Source of the DNA: Octopus vulgaris
Taxonomy: Eukaryota
Length of the DNA: 64,000 nt
Direction of reading: 5' to 3'
Assembly (NCBI GenBank): GCA_951406725.2
Contig: OX597814.1
Span: 212,598,001-212,662,000, forward strand
Positions 55,409-64,000 of this stretch are shown here, in pieces. The position numbers and the translations under genes are program-made. Under the pieces are notes generated by a model. That model was not told the DNA's origin. It did not search any database and saw nothing but the letters and a program-made list of their open reading frames with translations. Within the stretch, counting starts at the first letter, position 1. Each line of letters begins with the position of its first letter.

Positions 55409-55412
<4 letters not shown>

Positions 55413-55635
55413 TAATCAATATAGGGTGGCAAAAAAATTTTGTAGAATTTTTTTTGCCACCAGCGGCCTAGTGGGAAAAAATTAAATAGTCAAAAACCAT
55501 TTATAAGTTCAACATCACAATCAAGGAACGGCCATAATAGGCCATTCACCCACTAGAAATAACAGCCAAAGCTTTAACCGCAAAATAACATTAATTCCGT
55601 AAACCAGGAGAAAATTAAAAAAACATTTACCCTGT
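55409..55635. repeat. Diverged relative of the 61865-62118 arm, flanked by (TA)n
   Basis: Shares ATTAATCAAT...CCAGCGG.CTAGTGGGAAA...AATAGTCAAA...GCCATTC..CCACTAGAAA...TTTACCCT. Confidence 0.78.
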
Positions 55636-55639
55636 ATAC

Positions 55640-55702
<63 letters not shown>

Positions 55703-55766
55703 CATACATATATATATATATACACATATATACTTTATTTAAAGCAGCGGAAAATTCAACAAAACC

Positions 55767-55802
55767 TGTTACTCTGAGTTTCCCGTTGCCGTTCATCGGA
55801 CA
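55767..55802 (-). ncRNA. Compact hammerhead-like motif (core CCGATGA, U4C)
   Basis: Minus strand: TGT CCGATGA A CG-GCAA-CG G GAAA CTC-A-GAG TA ACA. Confidence 0.55.
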
Positions 55803-56234
55803 TTTTTTGCTTGTTACTTAATATTTGAACTGTTAGGGTTATTTTCGCAATTTATTCAGTACAATCCTTAAACAAGCAAATAGTATTCTCCTAAAGAATA
55901 GATCCACTTATTCCGGTTAGTGACTTATTCACAAATATACCAACACTAGCGCCGCTGAGTGTAATAATCTTTGGTTATGCTCAAAAGCCCTTTTCAGAGT
56001 TATTTACTTTGAATTGTTATTATGTTATATCTTATGAGCCTGTTATTACGTAACATGCTTCAAGATGTTAGTATACCTTATTGGTATTTCATCGTATGCT
56101 CTATATACACTGGGAATGCATTAAAGCCATTTTCAGGGCTTTATTTGAATTCTTAATATCGAGTAACTAATTTCATGTTATTACAATTTCATGTAAATTA
56201 CAATTTCATGTTATTCACAATTTGAGAGAGTGTG

Positions 56235-56450
56235 TGTGTGCGCATATGTTTGTGTGGCTGTGTTTGTCCCACCACCATTGCTTAACTAGCGATGTGGATG
56301 TTTTTATGTCCCCGTTACTTAGCGGTTCGAGCAAAGGGACCGATATTATAAGTACTAGGCTTACAAAGAATAAGTCCTGGGGTTGAATTGTTCGTCTAAA
56401 GGTGGTGCTCCAGCATGGCCATAGTCAAATGATTGAAACAAGTAAAATAA
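56235..56450 (+). mobile_element. SINE family A, 3' half
   Basis: CCCCGTTACTTAGCGGTTCG...CTTACAAAGAATAAGTCC...GGTGCTCCAGCATGGCC...GAAACAAGTAAAA. Confidence 0.85.
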
Positions 56451-56468
56451 TACACACACACACATATT

Positions 56469-56505
<37 letters not shown>

Positions 56506-56555
56506 ATAAATATATATCTATATATATAAATATATATATGTATGTATACATATAT

Positions 56556-56602
<47 letters not shown>

Positions 56603-56639
56603 ATGTGTGTGTGTGTGTGTGTGTCTATATACACACACT

Positions 56640-57150
56640 GAAATCAGAAGTGGGAAGGAGAATCCTGAAGATGACCCAAGACCTGGTCGTTTTGAAACTG
56701 CCACTACCGAGTAAAACATCGATCATGTTCACCATATGGTGATGGATGGCAGCCAATGCTATCAACATGTCTTGTGAAAGAGTTGAGAATACTCTGCGCA
56801 ATGGAATTGGCATGACGAATTTTTGTGGCTCTATGTGTGCCATGTCTTCCTATACCCGTTCAAAAACGCACGAGACTGATCCCATCACGGGAAAACCTGG
56901 CGTCATATAGTTTCCTTAAATGTTTCCTGAAACAAGAGGAGTTTGAGCCAGAGAGAAAGAGACAATCTACGCAGTCGAAATACCTCTCCTCACTTGCACC
57001 AAAAAAGGCTGAGTTCGTTTTATCTGCAAGGAGGGGGAGGTTTTTGTGAGGGTATTGTGATGCAAAAGCACTGTATTTACTATCTTCAAAAGAGCCACAC
57101 TATCACTGGTACTATGCCAACTTGTTGAAACAGTTACAAACGTCTGTCAA
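56640..57150 (+). pseudogene. Decayed mariner-type transposase fragment
   Basis: EDDPRPGR...ATT...NIDHVHHMVMD, ANAINMSCERVENTLRNGIGM, QKRTRL..SRENL, FEPERKRQS..KY.SS.APKKA and YYLQKSHTITG; frameshifted. Confidence 0.82.
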
Positions 57151-58699
57151 AACCAAGCTGATGACTTTTGCACCAAGATGGAAGCGTGGCAATGTACAAT
57201 GATAAACAACATTTGGTTACTTTCCATGAGAGTACCTTGGTTAGCCTATGACCTTTATAGCCTAACCTCATTCAATGTTATGTGTAGCATTAGATTTCCT
57301 AGAATAACTCATGTAATGCTGTTATCAGAAGGAAACAAAATGGACATCATAACAAAATATTTATCTCATATATATAATGTCACTGCTTTCTGTATTTATT
57401 TGTACCGTTGATTACAGCAGCATTCCATATGTTTATTGTTAAAAGTAGTTTTCAGCCTATCATGTTTAGAGAAAATATGATAAATAAAGATCAGCTAATA
57501 CCTTGAGCAACTGGATGTCACTTTTTATATAAATAACCGATTTTCGAAGAAAATATGCTGCTCTTATACTATTAGATAAGTAATTTCTTTTATAACAAAG
57601 TAGAAATTATACAATTAAACTTTTTATTTTCTAAAGGAAGAAAACACGAGATATATGCATACTATGATTCATAAAACGTAATCGTGGTTGTGATTTCTAA
57701 ACTGTTTCCCATATAACTATTTCTCCATGACTGACGAATAACCTCTCTAGATGGCGGTATACATGTTTATAGTTGGAAAATATATGCTTGAGGAATATTC
57801 GTAACCTCAGTCAATTTGACCAACCGAAATATATTGCCGGCATTTAAACAATCAAGCCTTGGAGGATAAAAGAATGAGTCTATCCTGACAGAACTATAAC
57901 TTGCACGTTTTTACTACGTATTCCGTTGTTCTTTCAACCGATCAAGTAACCATCCTATTAACTATGAAGATGGAGTAACACAACTTGATCCATATCACTG
58001 CAATTTCGCTTTGTTAAGTATCGTACAGATTCATTTTGACAGTGGTTTCACTTTAAATGTATTGATTTGGTAGAAGCAAGAGAAAAGTTAAATCCAAATG
58101 CTGTTCAAGAAATTTGTTTTCTCAAAGTTTGTATATTATCGAGGGAGAAAAAAAGTGACAACATCAACAAAATGTGCAACAGCAGCAGTGTCAGAAATCG
58201 ATGAAAATAAATGCAGTAGTCCTTATCGCATGATAGCCTAATACAAAATTCCTAACATTTTAGGATCTTTTCTAACTATAAACATGGATATAACAGTCTT
58301 GGCAGAGATGATTCATCTGTTATGGAGAAATAGTTATATGAGAAATAGTTTACAACTCACTCTCTTGACTACGTTTTATGAAACATATTTCAAATAACAA
58401 TATATTTTTCGTTACACGTGCAGTAACATGTTGCCAGATATAGAAAAGAAACAGAGACAAAAAGAAGCCATAAACATACAGAATATTTTGTTTTACGTCA
58501 TAAAAATTTAGAAACTTTGAGATACATGAAATATATCGTTTTCTTTTTTTTTTTAGTGATAGAATTCGAAATAGAGAACGCTATTAATAATAGCTTGGAA
58601 ATATTAGGTAAAGAAAAGTAACTTGATGTTATAAATTAAGAGCACAAAAATATGTGGTATGTTTCATTGGTCTACTTTCCACAATCTAATAACTAATTA

Positions 58700-58905
58700 A
58701 TTCAAGCCTAAGTCCAGAAATGTGGGGGAATATCTAGTTGAAAGGATAGAACTCAGTACTATACAGTTACTTTATCTTATCGACACCCCAACATATGAAA
58801 GTCAAATTTGTTTATGACAAGATCCGAATAAAGAACATGAATTGTCGGTATAAATACCACAAGATATTTTTCCAATGCGCTAAAGATTCTGCCAACTCGA
58901 CTTCT
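58700..58905 (-). mobile_element. Highly degenerate SINE family C
   Basis: TTATCGACACCCAACATATGAAAGTCAAATT...CTAAAGATTCTGCCAACTCG resembles the reverse complement of family C. Confidence 0.5.
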
Positions 58906-59174
58906 TTAACTATTTAATAATATAAATGTAATCTAACAGAACGGAAAGAAAAGTGTCCAGAAGAACTATTAACGAATGTATTAGAAGTAACCACAGTGTA
59001 CGTCAAATGCTAATAATATCTAAGTTAATGGAAATAAATATTTGAAAATAATCTATTCTTTTTATTATATTGGGAAATTGATATTAAAAATTCATGAAGT
59101 ACTTGTTTAAGAAACTCAAGGATATTATTCTTAGTTTGTGAATCTCAAGGTAAGGAATTCTTCTGAAATCGTTT

Positions 59175-59500
59175 CCTATAATGCTACCACTCCTAAATTC
59201 AGCTGCACTGTTGATAACGCTGGAGTCTCATTTCCTAATGTTGTAACCATGTTAGCATGAATGTCCTTCGGTGCTACACCGTTTTCCGAAGATAATTGAT
59301 AGCAGCACGATGCCAAGTTCTGTCGATTTTCAAGAGAAGTCGCAACAAGTTACATTTGAGGTCTTCTTTGAACAGTCAAATGTCAGTTTACTGGGAACGA
59401 AACAATGCAGTTATTAATAAGAAGCACTGAAATTAATGCATTCAAGACTTCACAGCTCTTCTCTCGCCATTCTATCAACATTTCAACCCACCCTCCTATG
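59175..59500 (-). pseudogene. Decayed mariner N-terminus and 5' region
   Basis: Minus strand peptides RTWHRAAINYL...GVAPKDIHANMVTTLGNETPALSTV...AAEFRSG. Confidence 0.72.
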
Positions 59501-60763
59501 TTAATCAACATAACTTACGACGTTAAAGTGATCAGGGTATAATTTGAGGTATATTTACCTTTCTCCCAAATCTGTCGAAAAACTACATTCGCTCTTTTTT
59601 GGTAAGCAATTTATTTGATACATGTTATATTACTTGGTGTTGGTGTTAAATTTTTGATATGCAGTAGCTCAAAAATAAAAGTTTCATTATGTAATATTCA
59701 AATATTCAAAACACAAAAATGAAATACTAGAGAGAAAATAATTCATCAATGTTAACTACCCGAGAAAGCAGACGATATATTTCAATATTGTGGATGTAAT
59801 CAACACATTGTAAGACTGACAAGTTTAAAACCCGGTTTTTTTTCTGAGTTAGCTTTTACTCAAAGTATAATTCGAAATCTTTCTCGATTTTACATACATA
59901 GTCTCAATATTTTTTGGTTTATATATTTGTATATGTCAATATATACAAGCTAAGAATTTTCTATCTCAGCACAGAGCCATTTCGGATTGCGGTCACTGAC
60001 CTTTCAGATTAATTTCGTCTTGTCACACATAGATTCCTGCGCAGTCCTTTGGAATTGAATATTCAATCGCTAATGTATGTTTAAGCTCGCTAAGCTGGAA
60101 AATGGAGTGGGGTAGCATGGCCCGTTGTTGTTAACTGTTTTGGCTATTTTAGCTTTTGACATACTGTTATATTTTTGCGTGGGGGTCTACTTATCTCACT
60201 TCTTTCACCCTTGCTTCAATTTTTTCACTCTTTTTGCTTTTCTTTCTTTTTATTTTTTGTCCTTTTTCTTTTTCTCTTTCTTCCTCTCATTTTCTCTTCC
60301 TGCCTTCATTTTGCCCTATCGCCTCATTCTAATCGTACACATCTAACCCCACCCCCCATCTAGCCACAGGTACTACCAATACATTCTCAAATTTTCATTC
60401 ACACCACCATATCCCTTCGAATAAGCAACACAGAATCCACGGCCCTATACTTTGAAATGACTAATCATGAACTACTACTGGAACTTACATACCATGTACA
60501 GGAAACGTTTTTACCACTTCTATACACCATTTTACTCGAATAATGGAACTGCAACTAGAATCTTTTATATTTTATTTCTACTTTCATTCTCTTCGTTCCC
60601 TCTATATTCCCTATCTCCTCCTTTTCCATAATAACTCCGTATTTAGAACTCAAGTATTTACCTCTATTTAACCATCTCATATTGTCTCTGATAAAGGGAT
60701 ATACATAATATCCTAGAAAGAGCTGAAAACTCCTCACAGCCTTGGCTTTGTTTTCTCTCTTTG

Positions 60764-60824
<61 letters not shown>

Positions 60825-60964
60825 ATTAAAAATGAGGGTGTCTAAAAGACACCAACATGCCGAAATAGCAGTCGAAACTCTGACTATAAAACCACGTTAA
60901 ATGTTCATATCGCACCATGAGGTAAAGCGGAGGGACAAAACATACAAGCAAAAATTACTGAACA

Positions 60965-61024
60965 ATTCAAGATCCAAGGATTTCTGGTTCTGCTTTAGAT
61001 AAGCTTTACCGTCATCAATTGAAT
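60965..61024 (-). ncRNA. Type I hammerhead-like motif (UUGAUGA core), copy 1
   Basis: Minus strand: ATTCAA TTGATGA C GGT...ACC A GAAA TCC-TT-GGA TC TTGAAT. Confidence 0.68.
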
Positions 61025-61446
61025 ATATCAAGGGTACATAAATACAGATACATATATGCACAGCAAACGATATACTTACATATACGAGCGCCGTACATAC
61101 ATACATATGCACGTATGGACACAGCCAGTTTGAATCGCCCGCCAAATCACCGCATAAGTACGATATGGTTAAAATAAGCACCGCAGTGAATATAATAACG
61201 AATTATATAAATTTATATATGAGGATAATATCGATATTTAAGTGTCGAAATTATCAAGTGGCCAGCATGAAAGAAATACCTTACAAAGGTAAAAAAATGT
61301 TTAACAATTAAAAATGAGGGTGTCTAAAAGACACCAACATGCCGAAATAGCAGTCGAAACTCTGACTATAAAACCACGTTAAATGTTCATATCGCACCAT
61401 GAGGTAAAGCGGAGGGACAAAACATACAAGCAAAAATTATTGAATA

Positions 61447-61506
61447 ATTCAAGATCCAAGGATTTCTGGTTCTGCTTTAGATAAGCTTTACCGTCATCAA
61501 TTGAAT
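61447..61506 (-). ncRNA. Type I hammerhead-like motif, copy 2
   Basis: Identical to 60965-61024. Confidence 0.68.
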
Positions 61507-61530
61507 ATATCAAGGGTACATATATATATA

Positions 61531-61735
61531 GGGAGAATTCACGCAAAAAAACAAAAGATGAAGACAGGTGGTGTAGAAAACAAACAGATGTATTAGTATA
61601 ACGCTCGGGAATTGAAAAAGTCTTTAACGTTTCGAGCCTACGCTCTTCCACACAGAAAGGAACAAAAAAAAAAAACAAGGAGAGAAGCAAGGACAGAAAA
61701 AATGTGTGTAGTGGCTACCGATCTATGATGGTGAA
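61531..61735 (-). mobile_element. Repeat family E with HHR-like motif (61622-61659)
   Basis: Reverse complement of the 26270 and 41025 copies; (TA)n on both sides. Confidence 0.72.
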
Positions 61736-61755
61736 TATGTATATATATATGTGTG

Positions 61756-62763
<1,008 letters not shown>

Positions 62764-62971
62764 ATAAATATTAGGGAATAAATCCAAACTTACAGGGAAA
62801 AATCAGATTTAGGATTGAATCCAATTTTATAGTAAAATATTATATTAAATTAGAGACAAAACCACTATTAGGCAAATCATACAATGAAAAACTTAAGCCA
62901 ATACATAAGATTATTTAATCTATATTATTTAAATATATAACAAAATTATTAAAAAAATATAATTAATATAT

Positions 62972-63035
62972 CACTACGATCGTTTCATGGCTGCTAACTT
63001 CTTTAAATTTTCGAGTCACAGTCATTCATCAGGTG
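62972..63035 (-). ncRNA. Type I hammerhead (mirror copy)
   Basis: Reverse complement of 63203-63266. Confidence 0.72.
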
Positions 63036-63202
63036 GTTTAAATATTTATCTTGGCGAGGTGACGTGATTTGTAGATCTGACTTTACAAATATGTGTATAC
63101 ACACACATTCACAGATCCACAAATCACGTCACCACCGTTACACACAAGCGATCTCTCACCTTGAAGAAATTGTTTAAACCTCGCCAAGATAAATATTTAA
63201 AC

Positions 63203-63266
63203 CACCTGATGAATGACTGTGACTCGAAAATTTAAAGAAGTTAGCAGCCATGAAACGATCGTAGTG
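63203..63266 (+). ncRNA. Type I hammerhead ribozyme with palindromic stem III
   Basis: CAC CTGATGA ATGACTG...CAGCCAT GAAA CGATCG TA GTG. Confidence 0.72.
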
Positions 63267-63420
63267 ATATATTAATTATATTTTTTAAATAATTTTGTTA
63301 TATATTTAAATAATATAAATTAAATAATCTTATGTATTGGCTTAAGTTTTTCATTGTATGATTTGCCTAATAGTGGTTTTGTCTCTAATTTAATATAATA
63401 TATATATATATATATATATA

Positions 63421-63836
63421 TGCTATCTGACATAAACCCACCGATCCGTTAACTGAATGACAGACCCCATAGATAGGGAATTTTGTAAGAAAATTTTCAT
63501 GCCGGAGACAGTCGAAATCGTTGGTAATGTGGAGGATAACATTTTTCACTAGATTTCTTCAAGGTGAGAGGTCACATGTGTGTAACGCTGGTGACGTGAT
63601 TTGTAGATTTGACTTTACAAATATGTGTATACACACACATTCACAGATCCACAAATCACGTCACCACCGTTACACACAAGTGATCTCTCATCTTGAAGAA
63701 ATTTAGTGAAAGACGTTATCCTCCACATTACCAACGATTTCGAATGTCTCTGGCATGAGAATTTTCTTACAGAATTCCTTCTACGTGCTCTAACTGTTAT
63801 TCAGTTAGAGGACCAATGGTTTTATGTCAGATAGCA
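63421..63836. mobile_element. Older foldback palindrome (~190-bp diverged arms)
   Basis: TGCTATCTGACATAAA...GAAATCGTTGGTAATGTGGAGGATAAC...GGTGACGTGATTTGT pairs with ACAAATCACGTCACC...GTTATCCTCCACATTACCAACGATTTC...TTTATGTCAGATAGCA. Confidence 0.85.
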
Positions 63837-64000
63837 CAACTACTTGTTAACTGGGATTTTTCTACTTTTCGAGTTCTGGCATTCCCAGTGCTCGTTTTGT
63901 TCCTCAACATCATTTTCCTATCAATAACATCCTACAACATCCATTCTTTCTCCCATTAACTAGCATACATTCCTTATAAATAAAACCTAGCTCCCATATG

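Larger units (their letters stand above)
60824..61522 (-). mobile_element. Retrozyme/PLE-repeat-like element: two 217-bp direct repeats (period 482), each with an HHR
   Basis: Repeats 60824-61040 and 61306-61522 differ at about 2 positions; (TA)n on both sides. Confidence 0.8.
62837..63401. mobile_element. Foldback element with ~224-bp near-perfect arms, each carrying an HHR
   Basis: Arms at 62837-63060 and 63178-63401. Confidence 0.85.

Noticed and set aside
63206-63229. Alternative short HHR reading using the first GAAA (63226)
   Set aside because: No stem II or III pairing in that register; the downstream GAAA at 63252 gives a coherent fold.

Overview
AT-rich, repeat-saturated animal genomic DNA. 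It is probably cephalopod (Octopus-like), inferred from the SINE families and the very high (TA)n/(TACA)n/(TAGA)n/(TAA)n density. I can support no host protein-coding gene; most ORFs in the track are microsatellite or SINE read-through. Recognisable content: an RTE-type LINE fragment with a twin-priming 5' inversion, three Dong/R4-type non-LTR fragments (two inside (TAA)n), two Penelope-like (PLE) GIY-YIG fragments, two mariner relics, two complete non-autonomous Helitrons, decayed LINE RT fragments and three or four SINE families. The most notable signal, read by eye, is about 14 type I hammerhead ribozyme (HHR)-like motifs in small non-coding foldback or direct-repeat elements, mostly beside (TA)n or (AAT)n tracts. 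These include a tRNA-headed element with an HHR tail inserted as an inverted pair, a retrozyme-like 482-bp-period direct repeat, and an HHR with a G3:C8 compensatory core swap. None of the folds was computed and no activity is shown.
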